DNA of 64,000 nucleotides from Amphiscolops sp. MND2022 (Eukaryota): NCBI GenBank assembly GCA_964187785.1, contig OZ076420.1, positions 26,722,001 to 26,786,000 of the forward strand, read 5' to 3'. Shown piece by piece: positions 1 to 12,679 of this stretch (position 1 is its first letter; each line of letters starts with the position of its first letter). The notes under the pieces were generated by a model. It saw only the letters and a program-made list of their open reading frames with translations, ran no database searches and was not told where the DNA came from. The position numbers and the translations under genes were made by a program.

Positions 1-1490
1 CTATTGTTTGCTCGAGTTGCTTCCTGTCGTTGCCTTCAATTTGAGAACCTTCCCACTGAAACATGTCGAGGAACTTTTGTCTTGAATCCTGGTTTTTGGT
101 TGGGTCTAATTCTTCTCTCTGGATTAGTTCACGGATTTCCTTCAGGATCCGTCGTTGGATTGGCGTATGTTCTTCTTCGTTTCCCGGATTCTCAGGTGTG
201 GGGAACCAGAAATTTTCATCACCTTGTTCAGTTTCGTTGGCTTTCATGAGTTCATTGACGTACATGTGGGTGTCATCAGGATCTTCTAGCAATTTGAGTG
301 CGGCGGCGTCTACTGGTCGTATTTGTTTCGTGTCCTCGGGTTTGAGGATTTGTAGTTCTGCTAGTTTTGTGTGATTCTTTTTTGTATGAGGGAAATCCGT
401 TAAGTTGGCGATTCGGATGTTGAGCCTTTTATTGTGGGCTGTCGCTAGTGCTGGTGCAACAATGATTGTTGCTGCTTCATCAAATTGTGGTAATGGTTGT
501 ACCGCACCAGTGATGTCATGCATGTTTGTGGTTATTACTATTGCGTTCACTGTTGTTGTTTGTTGGGGCGGTAGGGTTTGATTTCCTTCTGCCATTATTT
601 GGAGCGGTTTCGGGTTGCATTTTTTCATCTCGTCCGTCATGGCTAGCGTCATTTCGACATGCGGGAAATTAATGGTCCCGTTGGCAGTGTCAATTACTGC
701 TTGGTGATTTCTCATGAAGTTCAATCCTATGATAGGGAATGACGTTTTCGATAGGATGACGAAGGTATCCGTGAAGGTATATGTTCCAATATTGAACTGG
801 ATGTCCGCTGTGGCTATTGGTTGCTCTAGTTGTGCGTTTGCGCATTCGATCTTGAAGGGAGGTTGAGGGTATTCTTTTATGACACAACTATCACTCTTCA
901 TTTTGATTGCGTTGTAGTCTGACCAGGACATGGCATTGATGAACGCGCCTGAGTCGACAAGTCCATTCATTGTTATTTCGCCGAATTCGAGTGGCAAGTA
1001 CAGCATTCTCCTTCTGCTCTTGAGGACTATGGTGGAGTGGAGAGGTATATATGTTTCTCCATCCTTTTCGGCTACGTACTCCTTGATTGAGTTGAGTGAT
1101 GTGGGGAAATCGTCCGGAGACGGAAATGTCTTGGTGGAGTCGTGATTATCTCCTTCATTTTGTTGTGACGATAGGCGGTCGTCGGGGGCGCTTTCATTTT
1201 GTTCTACCTGGTTTGTAGCGGAGAGTTCTCTGTTGATGAGGGGTAAGTTGGTAGGAAGATTTGCTTGTTGTTTAGGATTGTCCCTGTAGTCTTTATCGTG
1301 AGTGTAGGTTTCTGCTTGTTCAGTTTGTGGATATGGCCTTTTTATAGAAGCGAGTGCTTGTCGTCTTAGCCAGTCTTCTGTTGGTGTGCCATTGCATTCA
1401 ATCGTTGTGTTGTTAACATATGTGGTGGGGGATCTTCGGTTGAATACGCCCTCGCGTCTACTTTTTCCCCAAAACGCAGGCGCGGCGTAA
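1..1490 (-). pseudogene. pol: Pro-pol 5' part of element A (protease, dUTPase-like segment, pre-RT linker); frameshifts near 1420 and 1200
   Basis: Manual translation gives GLVDSGAFINAMS, SFPIIGLNF and NFWFPTPENPGNEEEHTPIQRRILKE; entered through a -1 slippery site. Confidence 0.88.
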
Positions 1491-2930
1491 TTAGTTTTTT
1501 GGTTCGGTGGCAAAGTCGGTTGTTGTCAGCTGGTCTGGGGTGTCCCTTTTTTGTTCCTGTGTAGTGTGGCGCTTGGGACGCGGATCGTTGGCAGCGTTGG
1601 CTCCATTCCAACAATTTTCTGTTTTGTGGGGTTTGCCGCACGTGTCGCATTTAAGTGGTTTGCCTGAACTGCTGCTGGTTTGGCCATTGTTTCTCTTGGT
1701 TTGCATCCATTTATCTCTTTTCATTTTCCTACACTCCGCTTTGTAGTGTCCGAATTTGTTGCAGTAGAAGCAATACCCTTTCTTGGTGTTTTGCGTCGTG
1801 TTGTCGGCCTGTTTGGGCTCAGTGTTTGGTGGGGCTGGTTCTACTTTGTTTAGTGGTACCAGGTTTACTTCATCTGGCGCCCCGAGGCCGTTAAGTCTCA
1901 TTTCCCTTTCTAGATGCAGTACGATGTCGTTGTAGGGTTTATCTTCAAGATACGCCCTATTTAATATTTTCTTTACATGGTCTGGCATTTTTGCATAGAT
2001 CGCCTTATCAATAAATTGTTGGGCTTCAGAGCCGAAGGCTTCTTTGGCGGTTTTTTGGAGTTTGTCCAGAAATTCGTGGAGTTTCTGGTTCGAGGGATCG
2101 AATTTGAGCGCATCCCATTCGCATCTTGCCTTGGCCATGGACAAATAATCTCCGAAACGTCGTTTGAAAATTGTCATGATTTCATCAAGGGAATCCTTTT
2201 TCGTATCTTCGATATTACAAAATGCTTGTAAGGCATCTCCTCTGAGCAGGGAGTGGAAATAGTTTATTTTTTGGATTTCCGTAAGGTGTGGGTACATTTT
2301 GATATTATTGCGAAAAAGGTCTTCAAAAAGCTCGAATTTTTCCGACTTCCCATCGAAGGTTGGGAGTGATGCCGTTAGTGCTTTTGGCATGGGCAATGCA
2401 GTGCCATCATTTTTATCCGTTGCAAATAAATTTCTTGCCACTATTGGGCGTTCTTTCGACGTCGGTTGGCTTTGGGACCGGGCTTTCGTTCTTTTTGGCT
2501 GGTTTGTGGAGTCGGTTAGGGCTCCTGTCACCATGTTACGACTAATGCTCTGGTCGTTTTGAGTTGAACTTGTTCTCACTGATTTTGTAGGAGTATAGAA
2601 GTTTCTAGTTTCTTCTTCTACTTCTTCCTCGGTATTTTCCCTAGTATTTCCTCTTGTTTCAGGTTTCAGGAGTTTCAACATCTCTCTCTGAGATTCGGCA
2701 AGAAGATTCCTAATTTCCGAAGTTATTTCCTCTTTCAAGGAAATCCTCAAACGTTCTAACAAACTGTTTTCAACCCGGGGGGACTTTGGTCTAGAAGGCC
2801 CCGCTACCTCATCGTCCTGGTTTAGAGAGCAGGGATTTTCTGCTACTATGGGTGAAATTAAACCTTCACTTACGTTCTCACCGGAGTTTTGCTGATCGTT
2901 CCTCCTTTTCTGGCTTCTTGTTGTTGACAT
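1491..2930 (-). CDS. gag: Gag of element A (479 aa)
   Basis: LPTFDGKSEKF capsid-like region, CFYCNKFGHYKAEC and CDTCGKPHKTENC zinc knuckles; clearly homologous to the gag at 57264-58673. Confidence 0.93.
   Translation of the reverse strand: MSTTRSQKRRNDQQNSGENVSEGLISPIVAENPCSLNQDDEVAGPSRPKSPRVENSLLERLRISLKEEITSEIRNLLAESQREMLKLLKPETRGNTRENTEEEVEEETRNFYTPTKSVRTSSTQNDQSISRNMVTGALTDSTNQPKRTKARSQSQPTSKERPIVARNLFATDKNDGTALPMPKALTASLPTFDGKSEKFELFEDLFRNNIKMYPHLTEIQKINYFHSLLRGDALQAFCNIEDTKKDSLDEIMTIFKRRFGDYLSMAKARCEWDALKFDPSNQKLHEFLDKLQKTAKEAFGSEAQQFIDKAIYAKMPDHVKKILNRAYLEDKPYNDIVLHLEREMRLNGLGAPDEVNLVPLNKVEPAPPNTEPKQADNTTQNTKKGYCFYCNKFGHYKAECRKMKRDKWMQTKRNNGQTSSSSGKPLKCDTCGKPHKTENCWNGANAANDPRPKRHTTQEQKRDTPDQLTTTDFATEPKN
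1494..1500 (-). promoter_or_regulatory. -1 ribosomal frameshift heptamer A-AAA-AAC at the end of gag (element A)
   Basis: CCA AAA AAC TAA; the -1 frame continues as KLITPRLRFGEKVDARAY; a GC stem follows. Confidence 0.75.
2520..2533 (-). promoter_or_regulatory. Primer binding site TGGTGACAGGAGCC (tRNA-Leu-like 3' end), inside the gag frame
   Basis: TGG immediately after the LTR-terminal CA; encodes M-V-T-G-A of gag. Confidence 0.8.
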
Positions 2931-5051
2931 TTTATTGTAGAAAAGTTTAATCTTGAAGAATTGAATTTCTTTCAGAGATATTTTCTAACAAAGCAGAACA
3001 AGGCAAGATTTTGGTGAAATTGAAACTCAACTGAATTGTACAATTGCAAAAGACTGAGTCCCTCAGTTAGCTAAAATCATCGTATATATACCCTCTTAGC
3101 ATCATTTGATCACGAGCTAAATCCTAATTTCCTCCGAATAATTAGTCATTTCCTGTGTCTTCGGTGCAAAAATCATTTTGTTCCCAATTTTGCGTCGAAA
3201 TTCCGTCAAATTTTGAGACACGGCAAATCTGATCTGGCATTAGTCATCAACCATAATCATTTTATTTCAGCTCGGCGTCCTTTTGTTCCCTCCCAAGCAG
3301 GAAGTAGATATTACTTCAGTCTGTCAAACCGGAAATATTTCCCTGTTTTGCTGCTTTGGTTCGTAAGAAACTGACGCTGAGGTGACGCCGGCATGAACAA
3401 CTAATGCCTGAATTTTGATATTTCGCTCGAGAAAAATGCTATGACTAATGTTTTCAGCTCTGTAATTTCCAATGATGCTAAGAAGGAATGAGATCAAGAT
3501 TAAAGAATTAGCAACAATCTCAAATTAGTTTCAAATTAAATGATTAATGGTTAACAAAATAAAACAACGACACATTGACGCTTGATGGATTGATGGACTA
3601 AATTGTCTAATTCAGACTTCTGCCCCAATTTAATAATATTTCAATCACAAATGCTGTCTAATATTATTTTAGCATTCATTTGATGAATATACATAACACT
3701 CTGTCAACAGATTTTAACTTGCACATAAAATAATAATTTCGAACAAAAACGTTTGACGACGTGAGGACAGCACTTTGTGGATTTTCTGAACAAGCAAGAG
3801 TTCAAAACTTTTTATCATCAGATCTCAATCATTACAAAATGTACAATAGCAACACAAACATTTATTCTGAATTTATGCACATTGGGGTTAAAGCAATGAC
3901 CATCCTGATTAGGGGACGACGACGTACCGGCGTCCAATTAAACACAACAAGGTTATAGCACACGCTTTATGTAGTACAAAATACAAACATATGAAAATAC
4001 ATTTCCAATACGAAAATACTATCGATTTACTTTCGTCATGCCCATAAACTGTGACTTTCACCTACATTATGCGGGAATTTCCATTTCAACTTAGGTTTTA
4101 GAGCAGAATTAACCCGGCAAAGGAAATGTTTGACGGAAACGTGGCGTAGGTCCTCAAATCCCTCACTAATTGTCTTGTTAAATCACCACGCACTTTAAGC
4201 GTATTCCTAGTACTAATTAGTTTGAATGATATTCATCATAACTTTTGGATGGATTAAACCGGCTTGTTTTGGTGGAATTTGGACGTACCGTGGACGTACG
4301 TATTAGTATTAGGCCTGGTCCAGTATAGTGGACGCAACGTGGACGCAAATTTGAAGTAAGAATTAGTCCGCACCGTGAAGACAACACCGTGACGTCACTA
4401 TGGCGGAAAATTGGAATGATTTTAAGTAGTGTCACTGATATAGGCGGTAAATTGGAATGGTTCTCTAGTGAGCGCGGACGGAACGGTGACGTCACACTAT
4501 ATACTTTCAAGTCTGCTTCTTACCGACATCTAATATACATGTATTCTTTATTTTGTTTACTTAGCGCAGTGTCGACGTCCTAATCCGCACTAATTGCTGT
4601 TCAAAGTGCAATTAAGCTGCCTTTCTTAGAAAAGGAGTGGATATCTCAGTGTGTCATCTCAATGTAGTTTCTATTTTAGATTCAGATAATGTCCTTTTTC
4701 CAATGGTGATTTTGGGTATGTTTTCGTTTAGATCGGTCTATGGTCTTTATTTCACGACGTGTTTTAATTTAGTTTTCAGGTGGCGAATGTTTCTATTTTG
4801 GCGCACTAAGGACGTCCTACCGGATATGTGTGAAATCATCTTATTTCAATTTAGTTTCTGTTCTCATTTTTGTTTAAACTTTTCGTATGTTGGGCGTTCG
4901 TTTTCGTATTCTTAGTCACAGTTTATTCTAAAGATAAGGTTTTAGAGTTACCAGTTAAAATAAGATTTGGGGAATCTCAGATTGCCTCCGTGTCCTCTCC
5001 CGATCTTCAGTCGTCTGCAACCACAAGCCAGACCGGGAGCGGGCTGTGACA
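2534..5051 (-). repeat. 5' LTR of element A (2518 bp), containing the first 132 codons of gag
   Basis: Termini TGTTACGAC(2534)...GGGAGCGGGCTGTGACA(5051) match the termini of the element C LTRs; the PBS abuts 2534. Confidence 0.85.
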
Positions 5052-5529
5052 GAGGAGACTTCTCATTCAGAGCTCCGTGACTACGTGCTGGCACACTTAA
5101 AGTCGGGACACGTCCCACAAGCATGTTAAATTGGATCTTAGCGCCGACTTTCTACATACTCCCGAGGTCCAAAAAGGCAATTATCTGAAATACATTTTGT
5201 TGGGTCTGAAAAATGATAAAAATAGTGGATCTTGCAAATCATGCATCACAAAACTGTAACGAAACAACAATAATGGGCCGAGAAAACATCTAGAGCAATC
5301 TCAGCGAGTTTTTTGAGTCTCCGGTACAGTCCATACAGAAGTACTTTTTTCTGGTTTTCGGGGTGTCAGCATTCTGCTTCCGAGCTCACTCCCTGAATGT
5401 CTCTGAGTTAGACGGTACACATTGGGCTGTTTGTCAGATACGGGAAGGATGTGTTGTCTTTCTGGGAGGTTTCGGGTTTTTCAGTTACGTTCTCTGTGTG
5501 ATCTTCTTGAACCTTCTTTCAGACTGATT

Positions 5530-5960
5530 TTGGGTACCTGCCAGGTCGGCCATTTTTAGTAGGCGCATTTGCCTTTATGGAGAAAAGCCCAAATATTACA
5601 GTGACTAGTTCTTTTTTGTCAGACAACAGAATGTATGCGTAGTTGACACTTTTCACTACTAAATTTCTGGACCGGCAACCGGAAACGCATCTAAGTTAGT
5701 GCAAAGGGTCCCCCTTTCATTCACTCAATTTTTAACGTAAGATACAAAACCGGACGAGACTATAGGGTTCCTCTTTGAATTTTTTTCGGCACTGTGCGAT
5801 TTTTTTATAAATTATTTTTTTAAATCTCCAAAGTTCCCCCCTTCAAGTTTTTTTGATATTTTGCAGCAAACTGAAGTTTCAAAAAGGCCAAAGTGTCTCC
5901 CCTTGTTCAATTTTTATAGCTTCGCCCTTTTGAGCCTTAGATATAGCGTCGTTCTTGTAT
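5530..5960 (+). repeat. Unclassified non-autonomous dispersed repeat with AAAGGGTCCCCC(T) modules, copy 1
   Basis: Shares modules and the 3' TTGAGCCTTAGATATAGCG end with 7470-8022 and 41195-41712; boundaries approximate. Confidence 0.6.
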
Positions 5961-6471
5961 TGTTATAATTTGCGGAGTTAGAATTGTTCGAAAATTTCTA
6001 ACATGTGTTTTTTTGCCACCAAACTGGTGGACGTTACACTGACAGCTATTTTAGACGAATGATCTTGCATGAGATGCATCCGAGGTGGGCGTCTGGGATT
6101 CGTTAATCTAGACTAGTCACTGGCTCGAAAGTGATTCCGTCCGCAATAGGGTACACGCTAATTTTATCAAAACGGAAGTGGATTTATCAGTAGTAATTGG
6201 ACATCAGGAAACCCAAGTTTTCAATTAATTGTTCGGACTTTCGATCGCACTGCATTATCATATTGAAAAACCTAGATGATCTTATTTATGGTACAATATT
6301 TTGATCAGAGTATGATCAAATTGGCCCGGAAATGCAACATGGAATAATTGAAGTACCGTTCAATTCGTATAACAGAGAATCACCATAGACAGCTAATTTT
6401 TCGCTTCACATCCGAAAGCACTTTTTTGTAACTCGGGTGAATCTTGTTAATTACGTAATTACGTGTTGCAG

Positions 6472-6620
6472 AGTGTACGAGTATCGACTCGATCACGACC
6501 AAGTGCGAGAGTGTGAGCTGTCGGATGGGCGAGGACACGAAGGCCTCGTGTCTGAACAAGTCGGTGACCATCGAGTGCTGTGACGCCTCTCTCGCAGCCG
6601 GGCAGAAATCCGCCTGTGGG
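6472..6620 (+). CDS. Internal exon of a cysteine-rich three-finger/Ly6-uPAR-like protein
   Basis: TTGCAG acceptor and GTGAGT donor; reads CTSIDSITTKCESVSCRMGEDTKASCLNKSVTIECCDASLAAGQKSACG; phase 0 matches the next exon. Confidence 0.7.
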
Positions 6621-7469
6621 GTGAGTGCGAACCAATAGACGTCGGATGGTGAGGTCATTTCACTTTCAATTTTCTGGGCTGTCCCTGTATCATTATTCAT
6701 ATGGTTTTCAAGCTTTCTTTGTACATGGACACGTGACAATCGTCCTTTCCACATACATGTACTACAATATATCTATACATGAAATCATTGCATTTAGGGG
6801 CAGATAGTAGTGTTGTCGTTTATATAGAGGCAAAATTTTATCTACTTTATTCAAATGTAGTATTTCAAATTTACAAGCATTTTTTCGCAGTTGGAAAAAT
6901 AAAAGTGCATTCCAGTTTTATTAAGACCAGTTTTATTAAACCGTTTTTCCATTGTTTTCATTCTACAGCAGTGAGCCTGAAATGGAAAATAAAACATGCG
7001 TTTTTCGAAATGTTGACCCATAGAGTTTTGAATTTCTAGGTGACTGTTTATTTTCTCAAAAAATGGTTTCTCAAAAGAAAGAAAAGATTCTCGGATTTTT
7101 GTCTAAGTTGCAAGACACTTTACTGGAAATTTTACCTTAGGATGGGACAAGTTTTCAAATGCCATTATTTCAATCGCACATAAGATCTCACATCTTATAA
7201 ATAACGAGAATAATAACTTGAAAATTTCAATAAATTTTGAAGAAAGGCATTCTTTTGATAATCAACGGTTTTGGACATTAAAAAACACTAAATTCTACTT
7301 GTTGATAAAAATCGAAAGAAGTGGTGTACCTAAAAATAGTGATAATTTCAGTTTTAAAAATTAAGGCAGATACTTGCCGAAAGGCAGAGCATTTCTAGTA
7401 TTGTGAAGATAGAGAGATTTCATTCACTTATCACACTAATGTATTCTAAATCCAATTCAACTGTTGTCT

Positions 7470-8022
7470 TTTTAGTCGGCGCATTTTAGTAGAAAATGTG
7501 CCCGACTATTACAGTGGGTGGTTTTTTTTGACACGAAAGGTCCACTTTTTTGTTCCTTTGTTCAACAACCTCAAACCTCAACAACTTCAAACCTCAACAA
7601 CTCCAACCTCAGAAGCGCGTCCAAAACGAAAAGAAAAAACAAAACAGACGTCCACAACCTCGAAAACACACTAAAGGTCCCACCTTAGCCCCACTTTTTT
7701 TCGGCACAATGCGACTTTTTTTGAAGTTTTTTGGATTGCACCAGAGGGTACCCCTGCATTGGTTTCGATATTTTGCAACACAATGGATGTCAAAAAATCG
7801 CAAAGGGTCCCCCTTTTACATTTTTCGGCACTGTGGCACTGTTCAAAAATCTCATTTAAAAATTTTTTTTTGGGAAATTTTTTCATGTCTCCAAAGGGTC
7901 CCCCCTTCAATTTTTAAAATTTTTTTGCAACCAGCTGGAGTTTCACAAAGCCCGAAGGGTCCCCCTTTTGAATTATGAGCCTTAGATATGGCGCCGACTT
8001 TGGCCGTTCTCGGCTTGTTTTC
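7470..8022 (+). repeat. Unclassified dispersed repeat with AAAGGGTCCCCC modules, copy 2 (in the intron of the Ly6-like gene)
   Basis: At least 3 AAGGGTCCCCC modules; ends GCGCCGACTTTGGCCGTTCTCGGCTTGTT. Confidence 0.65.
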
Positions 8023-8097
8023 AAAGTGCTGTATTGACAGCCAGTTTTTAACAGCCAACAACCCCCTCGCCCTAAAGGGGCCCTCGTTCTGTTTCAG

Positions 8098-8283
8098 CTG
8101 TGGCAAACAAACAAGGTGACTGAGATGGGGTGTGTGATAGCCTCTAAGTGCGAGGACGACTGGGCAAAAGAGTTCGGCTTCCAGATGTGCTGCATCGGGG
8201 TATCATGCAACAAGGGAATGCTGGAGAGAAACCTCCGCGACAACCTCACCTACATTCATACCAACCCCAACGACCTACTATGA
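8098..8283 (+). CDS. Terminal exon of the three-finger/Ly6-like protein
   Basis: TTTCAG acceptor; LWQTNKVTEMGCVIASKCEDDWAKEFGFQMCCIGVSCNKG...LL*; GC..C..CCx4CN is the LU-domain C-terminal signature. Confidence 0.72.
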   Translation: MWQTNKVTEMGCVIASKCEDDWAKEFGFQMCCIGVSCNKGMLERNLRDNLTYIHTNPNDLL

Positions 8284-8698
8284 TTGCGACGTCACTCATT
8301 GCGACAATAGTGATTGCGACACAAATCATTTCGACTGTGTATAGGGAACAAAAGTGGGCACTATTGGCAACGCAAATTATTCACTCATCTTGAATCTGAT
8401 TCTTCATAACATCTATGAAGTTAATGAACCATTGAAAAAATATATAGTTTGGGGGTAATGGGGAAAAGTGAAAAACGCGGGGAAGCTTTCAGAAAAAATA
8501 GTTTCTTTTAATTAAAGAACTTTTGGTAGTTTCTGATTGTATTTTAGCTCAAGAAAAGCAAATACTCAAATGCTGCCTACATTATTTACATATGATTCTT
8601 GGAAATAGGGAACTCTTCTTTGTGCTAAGATGCTATTTGTTTGGGCTTCAAGTAGGTTGGGCTGAAACGAGTAGTTCCAGATTTTGGCACTAAAACGG

Positions 8699-10745
8699 AC
8701 GTGCTTAACAACAAACTATAGAGTAAGAAGCGCTTTCTTGGGAACAATCACTTAAGCAAAACCCATTGGAGGTCCTCTTGGACCAAAAGCACTTTTTAAA
8801 AAGTATTTATAATTATTTGCCATTAAAAATAAGACGTTAAAGACTGAAAATAATAATGAGGAATTATAAATTAAAACTAGGTCATCAATTGCATTAAGCC
8901 GAAAACCATTGCTAATCAAGTCCTATATTTATGGAACCAGAATAAATGTCTTTCTACACTTGTGGTAAATCGTAACAAATAAATAAACATTATGCACCAA
9001 AACTACGACTAAGGTGCTTACCACAAGTCTAGCAGAAAAGCTGAGAAGATCGCCAAGGCGAAAAGTGGAATCTACCTATAAAAATTTGGATGGCGAAAGA
9101 TTTTGTTTTATTTAGCAGTAGAAAAAAAGCTTTGTTGCTCAACTCGAAACAAATTCTAAAAGGGTTAAATTCGCATGAAGACAGCCGGAATTTCACCAGT
9201 GTATGATCACAGAATTTCCAGAGCGCCAATAAACGACATTTTTGTGAGATTAAAAATGGAAAATTTGAGCCTAAAATTTTATACGATTCCAACTCTTAGT
9301 GTATTTTCATCACCAATTTCCATTATATACCAACTCGTTGTCACCAGAAACCTGCATTACAAAGTTGTTAGTTCTTGTGAATCTTGGGGTACGGAAAACT
9401 CAACACTTGAAAACTCAACACAAGAAAACTCAACACATAATTAAAAACAGAAAACTCAACACAGAAAAAAGTTGTCTCGTGTTGAGTTTTCTGGTAACCT
9501 GAATCGTTTTTGAGAAAAAGGCTTTGACCCAAAAACATTCCTATTATCTGCAATATATTGCGATGTGTACGTTATCTCTAATGTTTCACAAACATGCAAA
9601 ATTCCGGGATCCTGGTGGACAAAACCTTAAATGGTCACAATCCATTGTCTACTATTTCAATCAAAACCGAAAATAATGCTACTTCTTCATTATCTCGATC
9701 ACTTTTTTCACAATTGCTTAACAACGAACACGACGAATTGCTTAACAACACGACGTGCTTAACAACAAACTATAGAGTCAGAAGCGCTTTTTTTGGGAAC
9801 AATCAACCTAAGCAAAACCCATTGGAGGTCCTCTTGGAGCAAAAGCACTTTTCAAAAAGTGTTTATAAACATTTGCCATTGAAAATAAGACGTTAAAGAC
9901 TGACAATAATAATGAAGAAATATAAATTAAAACTAGGTCATCAATTGCATTAAGCCGAAAACCATTTCTAATCAGGTCCTATTTTTATGAAACCAGAACA
10001 AATGTCTTTCTACACTTGTTGTAAATCGCAACAAATAAATAAACATTATGCACCAAAACTATGACTAAGGTGCTTACCACAAGTCTTGCAGAAAAGCTGA
10101 GAAGATCGCCAAGGCGAAAAGTGGAATCTACCTATAAAAATTTGGATGGCGAAAGATTTTGTTTTTTTTAGCAGTAGAAAAAAAGCTTTGTTGCTCACCT
10201 CGAAACAAATTCTAAAAGGGCTAAATTCGCATGAAGACAGCCGGAATTTCACCAGTGTATGATCACAGAATTTCGAGAGCGCCAATAAACGACATTTTTG
10301 TGAGATAAAAACTGGAAAATTTGAGCCTAAAATTTCATACAATTCCAACTCTTAGTGTATTTTCATAACCAATTTCCATTATATACCAACTCGTTGTCAC
10401 CAGAAACCTGCATTACAAAGTTGTTAGTTCTTGTGAATCTTGGGGTACGGAAAACTCAACACTGAAAACTCAACACAAGAAAACTCAACACATAATTAAA
10501 AACAGAAAACTCAACATAAGAAAACTCAACACAGAAAAAAGTTGTCTCGTGTTGAGTTTTCTGGTAACCTGATTCTTTTTTGAGAAAAAGGCTTTGACCC
10601 AAAAACATTCTTTTTATTTGCGATATATTGCGATGTGTACGTTATCTCTAATGTTTCACAAACAAGCAAAATTCCAGCATCCTGTTGGACAAAACCTTGT
10701 ATGGTCACAATGCAGCGTCCACTATTTCAATAAAAACTGAAAATA
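8699..10745. repeat. Tandem duplication with a ~1.05-kb unit (8699-~9680 and 9753-~10745)
   Basis: Both units start ACGTGCTTAACAACAAACTATAGAGT and are roughly 90-95% identical by eye; each holds an AAAACTCAACAC array with an inverted copy. Confidence 0.9.
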
Positions 10746-12679
10746 AGTTAGTATCGTCATCGATGAACGTTCGTATATATTCAAATTTAGTTATATCATG
10801 ATCCATCTAGTATAACACGTATAAAGATAAAATTGGGATGTGTCAGAATTTTTTGACGTTATTTCCGAATTTCGTCAGATCTTGCCATGAATAAATTTCG
10901 AATGCGACGGTTTTCAAGCTTTTGTTGGTTTCCAAATTGCAGTATACCGAAACTGGTTTCTGACATAACGTAAATAACTACTAAAATGCGGCATTTGTTG
11001 GGCGATTCTTTCATTTGCGACAAATATTAATGAAATTTCGATCAAAAATTCTCAAAAACAGGCACATTTGATTTTGCATAGCATATTATCAAGCCGTCTA
11101 TTTGAAAAACAAATAGTTTTCTGCATTGTACCAGAACACGACCGAATCTTATCAAAAACGGCAATTCTGACTTTTCTGCCAATGCCGAAATTGTAAATTT
11201 TGAATTAGGGTTTGTTTCAGTCTTGTAAATTGTGTGTTCGATAAAAGCAATTCTCTGCAAGTGGCAATGATTGTGTTAATAAGGACCACTTTGACCTTAG
11301 TCGTAAGAAACTTGACGCTATTGGTACCGGGTTTTTCTGTCAATTCAAAGAAAGTTTCTTCCATTAATTGTTTGAGTATAATGGTTATGTAAGTAGCTGT
11401 CAAAACTTGTCCGACAAATCCTCGTCCTCCTCGTTTTTCAAAAAAATCTACAATTGGTCGATTACCCGATTAATGTTTGACCCATTGCTTTCCAGTGACA
11501 ACCATTTTTTGGGTCACCAAATCATCAAAGGATTTACAGTCATTTCAATTGTTAACTCATTATTTACAAGATCATTCAATTGGCCATATTTCAATTATTT
11601 TACACCATACTGCCCGTGTTGATACCCATGCATTTCCATGTAAATTCCATGCTTGCCATGAATCATCACGTGAATTGCATGCTTGCCATGCATGATGATC
11701 ATACATGATCGTTTTTTTTTTCGGAAATCATGATTAATCAAGTCTTTGCGCTCCAAATGATATCGTTTAACTCAAATTCAACTCAAAATTTGGATTCGTT
11801 CGTCTTTGCAAATAATTGAACATTCTGTCAGCTTACAAGGGATATTTAGACACGGATGTTATCTTTTATTTTTTATTCATTACGTGAAGCTTTTTTCTCG
11901 ACTTCCAGTTTTCAGGGATTGAATTTAGAAAAAATGTGATAAACTTAGAAAGTGCCAAGTAGTATGGACTATGAATAGAATTGAGGTGGACCATGCATGG
12001 ACTGTGTAAATTCTATGCATGAAATTTTTGTGATCAGGCATTCTCACAATGCTTCGCACGTTTGCCAAATTTCAATTGTAGATCATGACCGTGTGCTTTC
12101 AGTGGTGGAATAAGGTCTAAAATTACTGCATTTTGGTAGAATAACGGCTAAAAAACGCTGTATTTTCCTTAAATAAGGCCTAAAATCTATATCCTGTGGA
12201 ATAAGATCTGAAATCAATGTTTTCTCCAAGGTGTAAAATCTTAATCCTGTGGAATATGTTCTGGAATAACTATATTCCGGCGGGATAAGGGCTATACCAC
12301 TCTCCTTCGCCCAATAACAGAAAGACGTGGCGCATTTTGTTGATTAGGACATCCTAAGACAGAGGTAAAACTCAAATTCTAGATAAAACGCTATGTTTAG
12401 AAATTTTGAAAAAGTTTTTTCTGGCGATATTATTGTTTTTTGTCGGACTCAAAATATTCGTAGTCAATCAGAGGCCCGTTTCCTTCTTTACTCAAGGTAG
12501 CTCATTTGTCGAATTCGAGTTAGTTTTTGTCAAATTTTCCAGGATTTTACAGAACAATGTGTTGTGAATTTTTGTAAGCATTGAAACTACACTGAAACAA
12601 TCCTTTACCTTTTGTTCGTGACGTGTCGAGGTGCAAGTTATGTTACTAATGTTGGGGAAGTTGAACCGTTATCACTGAG

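Larger units (their letters stand above)
1..5051 (-). mobile_element. Ty3/Gypsy LTR retrotransposon A (long-LTR family), 5' part; continues beyond the left window edge
   Basis: LTR with TG..CA ends, PBS, gag with zinc knuckles, aspartic protease LVDSGA, start of the RT region. Confidence 0.92.

Noticed and set aside
6380-6754. 124-aa minus-strand ORF
   Set aside because: It is the shadow of the plus-strand Cys-rich exon 6472-6620, which has proper splice sites.
9387-9500. Short direct-repeat array resembling CRISPR
   Set aside because: 12-bp repeats with 2-15-bp spacers, eukaryotic context and no cas genes.
11620-12310. CATG-rich and GTGGAATAAG-repeated segments
   Set aside because: Probably decayed non-autonomous element ends; no boundaries, TIR or TSD could be supported.
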